Assembly (NCBI GenBank): GCA_964016885.1
Contig: OZ024750.1
Span: 36,518,001 to 36,582,000, forward strand
Direction: 5' to 3'
Origin: Eledone cirrhosa
Taxonomy: Eukaryota
DNA length: 64,000 nucleotides
Below, one piece after another: positions 38,323 through 51,066 of the stretch. Within the stretch, counting starts at the first letter, position 1. Every line of letters begins with the position of its first letter. A program made the position numbers and the translations under genes. Under the pieces are notes generated by a model that saw nothing but the letters and a program-made list of their open reading frames with translations, did not search any database and was not told where the DNA came from.

Positions 38323-39213
38323 TTAATGTCAGGGATATTGATTCTCTTTTCATAGAGAAGACCAAGGTGTAGAGTCTCCCTCCCTCTCTTCTTCTACCTT
38401 TCTTCTGTTGCATAATAGCGCTTGCTCTTTCCTTCCTTTTCCTCTCATTTATGGCATTTATAGTCCTTTCCTTTACTTTCCTAGACATCCATATTTGCCT
38501 TTCTTTACCCCTTCACATTTTTTTTCATTACTTAATTTTGTTTTTATCCTTTTTTAATATGTTCAATAAATACAAGGTTTTTCATTAAGGTAAAAAAAAA
38601 AAAATTTCATGGATCCTAGGAATAACTGGTTTTAAAACAATGATACTGTGAACTACTAAATGCGATACTGCTGTATATTCAATGAATTTTTTTACTTTCT
38701 TGGCAATTTCCAATAAGGATAGAAATTATGCTGAATTTGATATCATTTTCCTTTAAGATAAACTTACTTTTTCAAGGAAGGCCAAGTATTGTTGATATAC
38801 TGAACTCCAGTATATGTACAAAGATATTAGAATTATATCTGTTGCCCAAGGATAGTAAATACATTCTACTTTAAACCTGGATATGAATTTATTGTATTGG
38901 AGTTTTCTGTTAAGCAATTGGCTATAAGATTAAGCTACTTAGATTTTAAGCTTATTGCTTAAAAAAGGTTTCATGTTGGAAATAATATCTGAAAAATGTT
39001 TACATGTGATTCTTTATTGCGATGTACATTCATAAGAAGGTAAAGTTTCATTTTTTTTTGTGTTGCGAAAATATTTCCTAATAAAAAATGTGATTCTGTT
39101 TTGAGATAGGCAATAGGTGCTGTGGTAAAAATAGAATTTTTATAAACTCCATCATATTGAAAATATTTTACATATAACAATATGTAGAGGTCTATTATCA
39201 TTATATATATAAA

Positions 39214-39400
39214 GTGGATTGGCAGTATTGGTAGAGGGTCGGACAACATGCTTTGTAGCACAGAGTTACGCCCCTTTCTGATCTGAGTTCAAATCCTGCC
39301 GAGGTTAACTTTGCCTTTCATCCTTACGGGGGTCGATAAAATAAAGTACCAGTAATGTACTGGGTAATTGCTGGCCTTGTGCCTAAAGTAGAAACAATTA
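39214..39400 (+). mobile_element. SINE family C
   Basis: Matches the family consensus. Confidence 0.9.
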
Positions 39401-39402
39401 TA

Positions 39403-39889
39403 TATATAAAACTGAGGATATCTGTCTGTCTGTGTATGTGTGTGTGTCTGTGAATTTGAATCCCTAAAACTCGAGAAGTACCCAACCGATTTTTTTCAAA
39501 CTTTACATGTGTATTACTTATGTTTCAGGGAGTGTTATGCAAATAAATAATTCAACTTTTTGATCCCCTAGGGCCTGCATTAGGTGAAAAACTGCATTTT
39601 TTCAGCTTTTTAGGGCTTTTTTGAGGCGTTACGTCTAGCCGATTTTCTCAAAATTTCAAGGCATATTATGCATATAGAAAAAATCATTTTCTTGATCCCC
39701 TAGGGCCCGCATTAGGTGAAAACCTGCATTTTTCCTGCTTCATCGAGGAAAATCTTAAAGATTATCCAACCATCAGAGTATTCGGCTTATTTTCTTTACA
39801 TATTGTCCAGGCATGCAATTTTTCCACGATTGTTGGCGGCCCGCATTCCAAAATACCTTATCCCGTGCAACGCTGGGTACCACTGCTAG
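39403..39889 (+). mobile_element. Non-autonomous Helitron
   Basis: 5' tatataaaa plus (tctg/tg)n; internal direct repeat tgatcccctagggc..gcattaggtgaaaa; 3' hairpin cccgtgcaacgctggg followed by CTAG|T. Confidence 0.75.
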
Positions 39890-39904
39890 TTATATATATA
39901 TGAC

Positions 39905-40128
39905 ACAACAAAAAGCACCAAGTCCACACTATAAAGTGGTCATGTAGGAGACACGGTAAAAAGGCTCCTAGTCCACACTGTAAAGGTGGTTGGTGTTAGG
40001 AAGGGCATCCAGCCGTAGAAAACCTGCCACGAGACACGGTCTCCTGACCATCCCGAATTAAATGGAACAAAACCGTCTAACCCATGCTAGCGTGGAAGAT
40101 GGACATTAAACAATGATGATGATGATGA
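39905..40128 (+). mobile_element. RTE-type 3' tail fragment
   Basis: aggaagggcatccagccgtagaaa...cccatgctagcgtggaagatggac..(GAT)n. Confidence 0.8.
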
Positions 40129-40173
40129 TATATGTATGTATATATATATTTATATACATATACACACACACAT

Positions 40174-40515
40174 ATCATCATCATCATTTCATTTTACGTC
40201 TGCTTTTTCCCTGCTTGCAAGGGTGGGACGGGAACTGATTCTGGCTTGATTTCTACAGCTGGATGCCCTTCCTAACACCAACCTCATTTACAGTGAGTGC
40301 TGGGTGCTTTTTTGCCATGGCACCTCCACGACCACTTTGCAGTGGAATGATATGGACCCCAGTCCCTATCATCTCATTTCTACAGCTGAGTAAACTGGAG
40401 CAATGTGAAATAAAGTGTCTTGCTCAAGGAAACAACACATCACCCGGTCTGAGAATTGAACTCACAACCTTTTGATTGCAAGGCCAATGCTCTAACCACT
40501 AAGCCATGTGCCTCC
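40174..40515 (-). mobile_element. SINE family A
   Basis: Full-length reverse-complement copy. Confidence 0.92.
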
Positions 40516-40789
40516 ATTATATGTATATATATAGTATATACATATATATACACATATATATATAAACATATACATATATATGTATATAATCATATACATA
40601 TATATACACATATACATATATATATCATCATCATCGTTTAATGTCCATCTTCCAGGTTAGCATGGGTTAGACGGTATATATGTATATATATATATATACT
40701 GAAGTAAAAGTTAAGTGGAAATATCCAAGAGTAAGAGCACTCAGTCCATAGGACGAGTTAGTTTATTTTTTATTTTTGTCAAGTTTGTC

Positions 40790-41480
40790 AAGAAGCTTGA
40801 CCAATGGTCAGAAAGTGATATGAAGCCACTGCCAAAGTCGGGTGATCTCAGCTATACAGACAACTACAGGGGAATAGCTTTGTCCTCCATTGCAGCCATA
40901 TTGGCAAATCAAATGCTCCTCAACTGAATTCGACCAAAAATCAATCCACAACTACGTCCGAACCAGAATATAGCTTCTGACCAGGAAGGTTAACTATTGC
41001 GCATATTCTTACATTGAGGAGATTAATTGAGGGTGTCCAATCACACAACCTAAAGGCTGTCTTGACATTTGTAGATTTTCGAAAAGCATTTGACAGCATC
41101 CACCGAGGGCGAATGTTCCAGATCCTGAGAGCATATGATGTGCCTGAAAAGATAGTTCAAGCTATAGGTCTGATGTACGAGGGTACTTGAGGTCACGTAT
41201 AGACACCAGACGGAAACACTGATTACTTTGAGATTTTTGCAGGTGTTCTCCAAGGCGACACGCTTGCACCCTTCCTATTTGCAATTGTCCTTGATTATGC
41301 AATGAGACAGGCCATTCATGGGAAGGAAGAAGAGTTGGGTTTCAAATTGGATAGAAGGAGAAGCTGCCGTCACCATCCAAAAGTTGTCACTGACACAGAC
41401 TTCGCCAATGACATTGCCTTGATCTCAGAGGAAATCAGCCAAGCTCAAGCACTGCTCACACATGTCGAGGTTGAATCACT
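40790..41480 (+). pseudogene. RTE-group LINE RT fragment
   Basis: PLPKSGDLSYTDNYRGIAL, FVDFRKAFDSIHR, GVLQGDTLAPFLF, FANDIAL. Confidence 0.88.
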
Positions 41481-43799
41481 AGTTATCATAAGGGCAAAGT
41501 ACCAGTCTAGTACTTGAGGTTGATTCTTCCTCTATAGAGAAAATCGGCTGTGTTCAGACCTGGAGAGGGTTAGGGTCTGCCAGGTTTAAAGAGAACTTAG
41601 ACACATCGTTTGATGGTGCCTCTACGACTCCACAAGGAAGTATGGGATCTTTATCCTTATCCTATACGGGCAAAATTACAGAACATGTCCCAATATTTGT
41701 AGTCATAGCTTTAACATTTCCTTCTGTAACCATAAAATTGTATACTCTGAGGTAGCCATAACACAGGAGATTCCTGTGTAGTACAGCTTCAGGCAATTGG
41801 AATGATGAATTTTTATTAACAGACTATATAAGTTAATTTTTTGGTTGAACAGTGAGTGTTATCAATGATAATTTATTTTCTGTAGCATTAAATTTTCAGC
41901 TGATGACTTAATTTTCTGAAATACTCGACTCTTTTCTAATAATTGAATTTCTAAGTAGATCAACAGCACTCTTCATATTTCTTGATTCTCTGTAAAAATT
42001 TCAATGAAATTTAATTTACATTGTAACAATATTCATGAATTTTTCTCCTTGATTTTGTAATCCTCAAGGCAATTTTTCCCTCTTTCATCTTGTGATTTAT
42101 ATTTCATTTCACTAGTAATATAGCAGAGATATTTCATTCTTTTTATGTTTCTCTCATAGGGATAGGACAGTGATTATTTCTTTCCATATAGCTTAAAGCT
42201 GTTAGTTATGAACATCCTGTTAAGAGCTGGATCTACTCAAATGAGAGAACCAAGATATATCAAATTGCTTTGCACTCATCCTTCTTGAAAATAAATAAAG
42301 AAAGAAATGAAAAAATGAAAAGCAAAATGAAACGAATGCCACCAATGTAATAAATTTCCCTGCTTTATTTATGTCAGTGAACAAGCATATATAAAAGCAT
42401 GTGTAGGAATGTGTCAAATCTATTTGCATGCATACAAATCCATAGTTTCTTTATATTTTTGTGTGAATATATGTATACTTAGGTTCTACATAAAAAGGAG
42501 ATGTTTGTAGAGTAAGTGTTTTTATTTGAAATTCATGAATACATGAATGATAAATATATCTATATGTATGCAGAAATATAGAAGGATATTCATAGATATC
42601 ATTTTATGTGTATGTTTTCAAATGTAATGCAGATATTCTGATGACTCACATGTCAATATAGGATACATACAATACAATACAAGACAAGATGAACAGTTAG
42701 TTATTGTAAAAATATTACTAGTCTCTATCTATCTAGAACTAAAAGTAGGATTAATATGTTGGTGAATTCTATTAATTCTTAGATTTATAAAACTGCAATA
42801 CAACACAATAAAAATTAAAAATTTGTGGTTTTCTTTTTTTTTTTCAAAATATATTTATATGTATGTCAAAATAGTGTGAGAGATTTATAGATATAATTTT
42901 ATGTGTAAAAGAAAAAGAACTGTTTGTTGTTAGCCAAAGGAATATTATATTTACCAAGGCAACAATTTTATGTGAAAGAACTCTGCCATGTCTTATAGTG
43001 GCCTAGATTTTGTTTATGGATGATCTGGGGTGGTGTTGAGATAATCACATGGTAAATGTTGTTATTTGATGTCTCTCCTCTAATGGTATCAACCAAAAAG
43101 AAAATTATTAGATTTATCAGCATTTAATCATGTGTCTTATCAAAAGTATGTATCTTCTTTGTCTTCCACTAGCCATTTCTGTATTTTAAGATATGAAAGA
43201 CAGTTAGAAAGTTGACATCACTATAACATCAAATTGAATCATTTGCCACCAAACTAAGATACATTGTTTTCAGGATAAGATCTTTGCTTCACTCTTGTAA
43301 GTCAATGAAATTATTACCAGTAATATATTGGTTTTCAATTTAATTAACAACCCATGCCAATAATAATTGGATCAATCAAAATAAATCAATATTTGGTTTC
43401 AGGCTTTTCCTTTCTTAGTTTAAATTCCACTTGTATATATATATATCAAACTTCTTGTTTAATTTAATCAAGTTTACTCATAACCTACAAAAACAATTCA
43501 AATCAGAAATATTTTTCATTTTTGTTTGTTTTTTTCAGACACTATATTTAAATCTGTGGCACCTTTTGTTGATTTCCTTTCGAAAAATAATTTTTTATCT
43601 TATTCATATTCCCAGCCAATTACAAATATAAATATTATATTGCATTGCAAATATGAGAATCACACATTATTAGACAGATAAATTACTGATAGAAAGATAG
43701 CAATTTTATTAGAAGCTGGAGCCAAGAAGCTAGACATCCATATAGTTTCCATAGACACACTTACAGTAATATATCATCATATATATTTAGTGGCGGTAG

Positions 43800-44030
43800 C
43801 TAAACTGTAATGAGGTATGCATAGTCCACTGAATGTGAACGACAGAGCACAAGTGAAGTGAGAGAAAAATTGAGTGTGTGAGGAATCAAATATAATGTAC
43901 AAAAGACACAGTTGTGCTGGTGTGGAGAGTAAGACTGGTATAAAAGAAATATATGGAATGTTTGAAAGAGGGAGATGAAGGAAGACATAGGACAAAATTG
44001 TAAAGAATGAAGACATTGAACTCCACAAAG
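43800..44030 (+). mobile_element. Highly decayed RTE 3' coding remnant
   Basis: Degenerate similarity to 6280-6470 (gagggagatgaaggaagacatag ~ RGRPRKTW). Confidence 0.45.
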
Positions 44031-44062
44031 GAGATCACAAAGGATCAAGTTGACTTGAGATT

Positions 44063-44409
44063 TATATATATGTGAGTCCCGGGTTCAATCGGGGGTAACC
44101 ACATTTAGTAAGGTACTCAATACATTAGTAGAGTGTAAACATCAAGTTTAATATAGAAATGGCTTCTTCAGGACTATATATATATATATATATATGTGAG
44201 TCCTGGATTCAATTGGGGGTAACCACATTTAGTAAGGTACTCAATACATTAGTAGAGTGTAAACATCAAGTTTAATATAGAAATGGCTTCTTCAGGACTA
44301 TATATATATGTGAGTCCTGGATTCAATCGGGGGTAACCACATTTAGTAAGGTACTCAATACATTAGTAGAGTGTAAACATCAAGTTTAATATAGAAATGG
44401 CTTCTTCAG

Positions 44410-44445
<36 letters not shown>
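44063..44445. repeat. Three tandem ~115-125 bp units separated by (TA)n
   Basis: gagtcc(c/t)gg.ttcaat.gggggtaaccacatttagtaagg...cttcttcaggac x3; the first ~30 bp recurs at 47634. Confidence 0.95.
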
Positions 44446-44452
<7 letters not shown>

Positions 44453-44454
44453 AT

Positions 44455-45918
44455 TTGGTCGGCCTATACCTCCTCAATGAAATCCATAAAGACCTCCCTT
44501 ACCTCAACGGTGGTTTGTACCGCGATGATGCACTTCTACTCATAGAATATAAAAAATTTAATATAGAAAGAACTAGAAAACAACTGCATAAGACATTCAA
44601 AAACTTTAACCTTAGTATCACCATGGACAAAAACACTAAAAATGTTAACTTCCTAGACGCCACACTATACCTAGACTCAAAAATATATACACCTTTCCAT
44701 AAGCCTAATGAGAAACTTATTTACGTAGATACCAAGTCTAATCACCCTAGATCAATATTAAACTCTATCTCTAAGGGGGTGTCCAATAGAATCTCTAGTC
44801 TGTCCTATGACGCAAACATATTTAGCAAAAACTCACAATATTACAATCAAGCATTAGCTAGCTCCGGCCATAATATAGAAATTGAGTTCCTACCTAAGAA
44901 AACACATAGCTACAACATCATCTCGCACAACATGTCCATGAGGAAATCTAATAATAGGAATAGCAACCACAAGTGCACCAAAGCGGAGGGTGCCACCGGA
45001 AGTAACCATTACCATGGAAACTACTGTGAGGCCTTAGGAGGAAGCAACACACCAAACACTAAAAGCAAAAATAGAAGAAGAAATAATACATTTTTCAACC
45101 CTCCTTTCAACCTAAATGTCTCCACCAACATACCTAGGGCTTTCTTCTCACTACTAGATAAAAACTTCCCTCTAGGACACAAGTACCACAACCTCTTAAA
45201 CAAAAACACCATTAAAATCTCTTACTCTACGACGCCTAACTTAGCATACCACATAGCTAGCAGCAATAATAGTAAAATTAGTTCTTACTTCCAACAAACA
45301 AAATCACAACGGGATGCAAACCCTCTAAATACCACTGTAGCAAGCAACAATAGCAACGGCAGTAACAATAGAAATAACACTAGTATAAGTAATAACACCA
45401 GGGTTGTCAACCCGAACACCCAAAATCCTATATCCACCACACAGACTTCCGCATTGCATTATAACCAGCGGACTAACGCACAGAATAATTGTAACTGTAG
45501 AGCTAATAGAACCTGCCCTTTAGATAAAAAATGCCTAACCAAGGATGTCATATACTCATGCACAGTCACGACTAATAACTCTTCAGAAACCTATGTAGGC
45601 TCCACTTCTAACTGCTTCAAAATCAGATATAACTCGCACATCCACTCGTTCAAAAAGCACAGCCTAGCCAACTCCACCTCACTTTCTAGCTACATACACT
45701 ATCTAAAATCTAAAAATAAACCATACACACTCAAATGGGAAGTGATAGGCAGCGCGACCTCGTACAAACCACCTAATAAATTCTGTAACCTCTGTATACT
45801 AGAGACACACAATATTATCTTCTCCAACCGTAACCTACTTAACAAAAAATCTGAGGTGTTTGCAACTTGCCAGCACCGCCTCAGACATTCCTTCCAAAAC
45901 TTTAAGCCCTATATATAG
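44455..45918 (+). CDS. PLE polyprotein, C-terminal part (RT catalytic YRDD, thumb, Cys linker, GIY-YIG endonuclease); N-terminus missing
   Basis: GLYRDD, NFLDATL, SNHP, FNPPF, CNCRANRTCPLDKKC, VIY...YVGST..FKIRYNSH, CNLC; 487 codons without a stop. Confidence 0.92.
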   Translation: MVGLYLLNEIHKDLPYLNGGLYRDDALLLIEYKKFNIERTRKQLHKTFKNFNLSITMDKNTKNVNFLDATLYLDSKIYTPFHKPNEKLIYVDTKSNHPRSILNSISKGVSNRISSLSYDANIFSKNSQYYNQALASSGHNIEIEFLPKKTHSYNIISHNMSMRKSNNRNSNHKCTKAEGATGSNHYHGNYCEALGGSNTPNTKSKNRRRNNTFFNPPFNLNVSTNIPRAFFSLLDKNFPLGHKYHNLLNKNTIKISYSTTPNLAYHIASSNNSKISSYFQQTKSQRDANPLNTTVASNNSNGSNNRNNTSISNNTRVVNPNTQNPISTTQTSALHYNQRTNAQNNCNCRANRTCPLDKKCLTKDVIYSCTVTTNNSSETYVGSTSNCFKIRYNSHIHSFKKHSLANSTSLSSYIHYLKSKNKPYTLKWEVIGSATSYKPPNKFCNLCILETHNIIFSNRNLLNKKSEVFATCQHRLRHSFQNFKPYI

Positions 45919-47361
45919 CAATGTCGGACTGGAACCTAACACCACATCTAGCATCAAACACCAGAGACACACCCTATACTACATACCCAACACTAGCTGA
46001 TCCATTATAACACAAACAACGACATCCCTCTGGAACCCTTCGCAGGGAAAATACCCATTTATACCTCTACGGCAGGTGTGACAACATCCACCCACTTGGA
46101 CGGCACTACACCGCTCTAAGGGTAATTTGAGCATGAATTGATCGGTTGGATGGTGTTGGGCAGAGGAAACACCTTCCTTAGACAGATGTAAAATGATTTA
46201 ATCGAGTAGCGCTGTTGACCAGTAGGACCGGGCTGCGGAGCGCAGTGAGTGAATGCAATGCAACTGCCGTGCGGGTTGTACGTATATGGATGATCTGACG
46301 GTCAGAGAGGGGTCGCGAGGACTGCGGATTGACCTTTGACCTGCCTGGGGACGATTATCTTTCGACATCCAATGTAGCAAGTGATGACCCAGATCTTACC
46401 AGAGATCATTGGGTCCTGAAGCAATCCTGCAATCACCGCGCCTGGCCATATGAGCAGACTACAACCACAGAGATCATTAATTTAGAATCCTCGCTCATCA
46501 TCTATAATTTCCATTTGTAGCACCTTATGATGGGTTAATCCACCTTAATAATAATATGATCACCTTCAGCATAATTTAGTTAAACTACTCTATAGTTAGT
46601 ACACTTTATGCTTTAAAAGTCTCTCTTGGAAGGTGCACCTCACCATAGAATTTAGGGTCTATATTGGGACACATTTTAATGGCTAGATATGGAAACCCCA
46701 GAGTTACCTCCCCGCATGCATTAACTCCCCTTAGCCACACACACACTTCCGGTATTCAATGGCGTTTCTCGAAACGTAACAACCTCCTGTATCGAACTAA
46801 AGAACACCAGACTACGATCTCTAACTGGATTGTCGTGGATTATGTGAAAGGCATATAATCGAAATATACACTCCCTTGACCATGAAAATGCCGAAGTACA
46901 TGAATTACTTGACATCCCTGCGCTGTGCATCTCCAATACTTATAACACTTTTAATGCTTGCACTATCTTTAATGCTTATAATATTTCTCCACACACAGAC
47001 TACATCAATCATATAAAGACTTTGCCACCAGATCTACCAACCTAACACTCTTATTTACCTACCTAAGTGCCTCTACCACACATATCTCTCTGCCACACTA
47101 TATAAACAAGACGCACATGCGTGCCACACATATAACATTTGCACTATATAACCACTTATCTTCATGTTGTACTTTAACCTATATCTTTGATTTTTGATTG
47201 TACCTATTAATATAAATGTAATCTCGAAGTGTGTACTGCCACTCTAAATTCTGTAATGAATGTTGACCCACAATGTTTGAATATGTATCAATGTTTGAAT
47301 ATGTATTGGTATGTCTCTCGGCTGAAAAGGAGGTCATATAACTGTCCATGCATTAATAAAT

Positions 47362-47408
47362 TGCTCCGAAGAATCCAAACCTCGGTTTGGAGGAAACAGC
47401 TGTAAGCA
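47362..47408 (+). ncRNA. Type I hammerhead ribozyme in the PLE terminal region (core U-to-C change)
   Basis: tgct-CCGAAGA-a tccaaacc tc ggtttgga g-GAAAC-agct-GTA-agca; palindromic stem III acagctgt. Confidence 0.8.
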
Positions 47409-47890
47409 CAATAATGTTTTGAACAGTTCTTTGATTCTTATATTTCATATAACTGCTCTGTAAATCATCTGATGTTTTTACATTGAGCTACTTAACTTAC
47501 TGGTAATAAGGTAGTAATACATTACTGCCTACCACTATTTAGGGTGTGTGTAAAATACTTACAACTGCTTAAGGTTTTGTGTTTACATAACCATAAATAG
47601 TATAACTAATACTATATATATATATATATATATGAGTCCTGGATTCAATCAGGGGTAACCACAGTTATCAGGCAGACTGGAGATTTGTCTTAGTACAAAA
47701 AAAACCCTTACCTACTAGTACAAGGACTGCAATGCTGAAAGTAAATGGGACAAGAGATTTGAGACCATGTTGCCTATATAACAACCTCTCTAGTGGTCAT
47801 GATAAAGTGGACTCAGTCTATACTGACCATTGTCTTGGTTCTGTTCCTATTTCTTGTATCCCTGTGACAAACAAACTTAAGCACATGCTT

Positions 47891-48219
47891 GAATTACGTC
47901 CCTTTATGGCCTGAGTTCAAATCCCGCCGAGGTTAAGTTTGCCTTTCATCCTTACAGGGTCAATAAAATAAAGTAACAGTAATGTACTGAGTAATTGCTG
48001 GCCTTGTGCCAAAAGTAGAAACAATTATTACATTAGTACAGTCAGAAATTTGGGCAGGGATGGATAAGGCCCTTTTAAGACCCTTAACACTTAAAAGATT
48101 ATGAACTCATTGCTCCTACCTACCTGCCTGTACATAAATCTGCAAAAAAATGATTCTTTTAAATGAGAAATATATTTGATTTGAATAAAATGGTACCTCT
48201 CTTTCTTTTATTCTCCTGA
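47891..48219 (+). repeat. ~330-bp duplicated segment (SINE C 3' part plus unique flank); second copy 50927-51254
   Basis: Near-identical sequence about 3.0 kb apart. Confidence 0.95.
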
Positions 48220-48548
48220 TCATGAAAAGAAAATCCTTTTCTAGGAAATTATTGGATTTAAGGGTTTCTTAGGAACTTTCATTGTTTATTTTAGGTTTTG
48301 CTGTCTGAAGAGCTCAGGCTATCTTAACTGGTAGTCCTCAGTGAAATATGTATAACAGAGTTGTAAATAAACCTGAATCAACTGAATATGGCCTTCAAAC
48401 TTTTATTGATATATTGATGCTCCGTCTTGTACTATTTTTACAGGTCGTTGACTGCTTCTTTTTATTTGCTTCACAACCGACAGACCATAATGTGATCCAC
48501 ACATCCCTGTTCTGTTAACCCCATACTCTAATATATATATATATATAT

Positions 48549-48802
48549 ATATCACAGAAAAAAAGAGAATCAGTGTTGCGACGAATGGAATTTATTGGAC
48601 ATATTACAATCGTGATGATCAAACCTGACTCTGAAAATCTCAAGGTCCTCAGATACGTCTTGATTCTACGAAGCAGATTTTCCTATGCGATTTTCAGAGT
48701 CAGCTTCGATCGTGCCTCGAGCTGGTTGCCAGAGAAACGATTGTAATATGTCCAATAAATTCCATTCGTCGCAACACTGATTCTCATTTTTTTCTGTGAT
48801 AT
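48549..48802. repeat. Fold-back with ~65-bp near-perfect outer arms and an inner 23-bp inverted repeat
   Basis: 48549-48613 is the reverse complement of 48737-48802; inner ctgactctgaaaatc / gattttcagagtcag. Confidence 0.92.
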
Positions 48803-48892
48803 CATACTCTGCTCTATGAGAGCATTGGGTGCTCATACGGCCTACCACATACAGACGCTTTAAGCATCCAACACCAATTATATATATATATA

Positions 48893-48961
48893 TCGGGTTG
48901 TCAAGTATGAAATTTGTAGAAAAAAAAAAAATTTCTATAAATTTCATACTTGACGACCTGA
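48893..48961. mobile_element. Mariner-type micro-MITE consisting of two TIRs
   Basis: tcgggttgtcaagtatgaaatttgtagaaa / tttctataaatttcatacttgacgacctga, flanked by TA. Confidence 0.75.
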
Positions 48962-48968
48962 TATATAT

Positions 48969-49030
<62 letters not shown>

Positions 49031-49426
49031 GCAAATGAGGGCTAAATATATTATGTTAAAATTTATGTTTTTAACTATGTAAGAGATTTCTATGAATATT
49101 AGATTCTGTGAGGAGAAAACCTGCTTTTCATCAACAGCAGCTGATCGTGTTGAATAATTGCTGTTATAGAGTAATGCAGTAATTTTTATGCTATGTAGAA
49201 TCTTCCCTCTTTGCTTATTACAACTTCCCTATCTCCATCACTCTATTCCTTGTCTATCATCAGCTTACTCACTTTAATCTATGTTCAGCCATCTTGAATT
49301 TGCCCTTTTATTCCTAGCTTGTTTTTTCTCTTCTCATACTTCCCCTCATACTTCTCATCTCACTTCCTCTCCCTCTTTCTCTTTTACTATTTATTATACT
49401 GTATTCTCTTCTTATCACTCTAGACA

Positions 49427-49597
49427 GTGGATTGGCAGTACCATGCTTTGCAGCATAGAGTTATGTCCCTTTGCATTCTGAGTTCAAATCCCGCCGAGGT
49501 TAACTTTGTCTTTCATCCTTACGGGGGTTGATAAAATAAAGTACCAGTAATGCACTGGGATAATTGCTGACCTTGTGCCAAAAGTAGAAACAATTAT
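49427..49597 (+). mobile_element. SINE family C, internally deleted
   Basis: Matches the family consensus. Confidence 0.88.
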
Positions 49598-49750
49598 TCT
49601 TCATCAATTTCATCTTCTTGCATCTCTCCCCCCCCCCCTCATCCTCCCCCTCCTTATCCTCATCCTCCCCCTCCTTATCCTCCCCCTCCTTCTCCTCTCT
49701 CTCTCACTCTCTCTTACTCTTTCTCTTTCTATCTATAGTGTTTCTACCAC

Positions 49751-49925
49751 TCTCACCCTGTCTGCCTCCCTCTCAATCTCTCACCCTGTCTGCCTCCCTC
49801 TCAATCTCTCACCCTGTCTGCCTCCCTCTCAATCTCTCACCCTGTCTGCCTCCCTCTCAATCTCTCACTCTGTCTGCCTCCCTCTCAATCTCTCACTCTG
49901 TCCGCCTCCCTCTCAATCTCTCTCT
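49751..49925. repeat. 28-bp pyrimidine-rich minisatellite, about 6 copies
   Basis: tctcaccctgtctgcctccctctcaatc. Confidence 0.92.
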
Positions 49926-50877
49926 CCCTCTCACCCCCCTCTAGTGTTTCTCCCTCTCACCCCCCTCTCTAGTGTTTCTCCCTCTCTACACACTCTATCT
50001 CTATCTCATCACTGCTACAATTATATTTATTTTTCACTCTCTTTCCATCCTTTATTAGATATCTTTTTATTTGGTTTTAATTCAAAATATTTTCCTCTTT
50101 TCTGTAAAATGAACTGGTTTCATAAAAATATGATTAAATTTATTAGATGTGATTCTATCTTTAACATCTTAAATATGTAAAAGAATCACACAGCTTATTT
50201 CTTTACTCTTTCCATTCTTTCTGCTTTACTGTTTAATAAAATTCCAAGAAGTATAAAATGTTGCATGCTGAAAATATGAATCATCTAAAGCAGGTTGATT
50301 CGACTTCCTAATTTTTCAGTTATTAATTCGGAAGAATTAGGATTTATTTAGGTAGCATTTGAACTGATAATATAAATAAGCAAAAAAAAAAAAAAATAAT
50401 GTATTGAGGGGACAAAAAAAAAATCCTATCATAAAGAATCAAGCTACAGAAAACAGAATTATTTGTACATTTTTTGTGATATCAACTCAAAATATTTCCA
50501 TTCTGTTTATCATACACCCATCTCTCCTACTCTTATATATACACACACACCTCCGTATAAACAATAAAAATTATTGGCCATTGGCAAAATGAAAGGCTAA
50601 GGTTATCCTAATATGATTTCCACTTTGAGTATAAAAAGGGATGAAACTGAATTGATTCATTGAATCTATCTACAAGATCCAAGAACTCATTCGCTTACCA
50701 AATGTGGTGGAACTCGTCAAATTGGACCAAAGAAACAATGTTTCCATTGATCTTTCCAATGCTGATACTATCTACCAATTTCAACTTTTGGCAGAAACTA
50801 AATACTGTAAAGAAATTTGTCTGATTTTACACTGCTTGTGTCACTGTACAGCCTTAATGATACTTAACTATATTATT

Positions 50878-51066
50878 GTGGATTGGCAGAATTGGTAGAG
50901 GATCAGACACCATGCTTTACAGCATAGAATTACGTCCCTTTATGGCCTGAGTTCAAATCCCGCCGAGGTTAAGTTTGCCTTTCATCCTTACGGGGTCAAT
51001 AAAATAAAGTAACAGTAATGTACTGAGTAATTGCTGGCCTTGTGCCAAAAGTAGAAACAATTATTA
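50878..51066 (+). mobile_element. SINE family C
   Basis: Matches the family consensus. Confidence 0.9.

Larger units (their letters stand above)
44446..47612 (+). mobile_element. Penelope-like retroelement, 5'-truncated, inserted in (TA)n; probably Hydra clade
   Basis: RT-GIY-YIG ORF, long 3' region, terminal region with an HHR, (TA)n on both sides. Confidence 0.9.

Noticed and set aside
41700-42250. Possible decayed PLE N-terminal coding remnant
   Set aside because: Only compositional resemblance; no recognisable motif
44072-44175. Complete HHR or tRNA half in the tandem unit
   Set aside because: CTGAAGA on the minus strand has no following stem II-GAAA; the ggttcaatc flanks do not form a T arm
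49575-50180. 201-aa Leu/Ser/Pro-rich ORF
   Set aside because: Translation of a pyrimidine minisatellite starting inside a SINE tail
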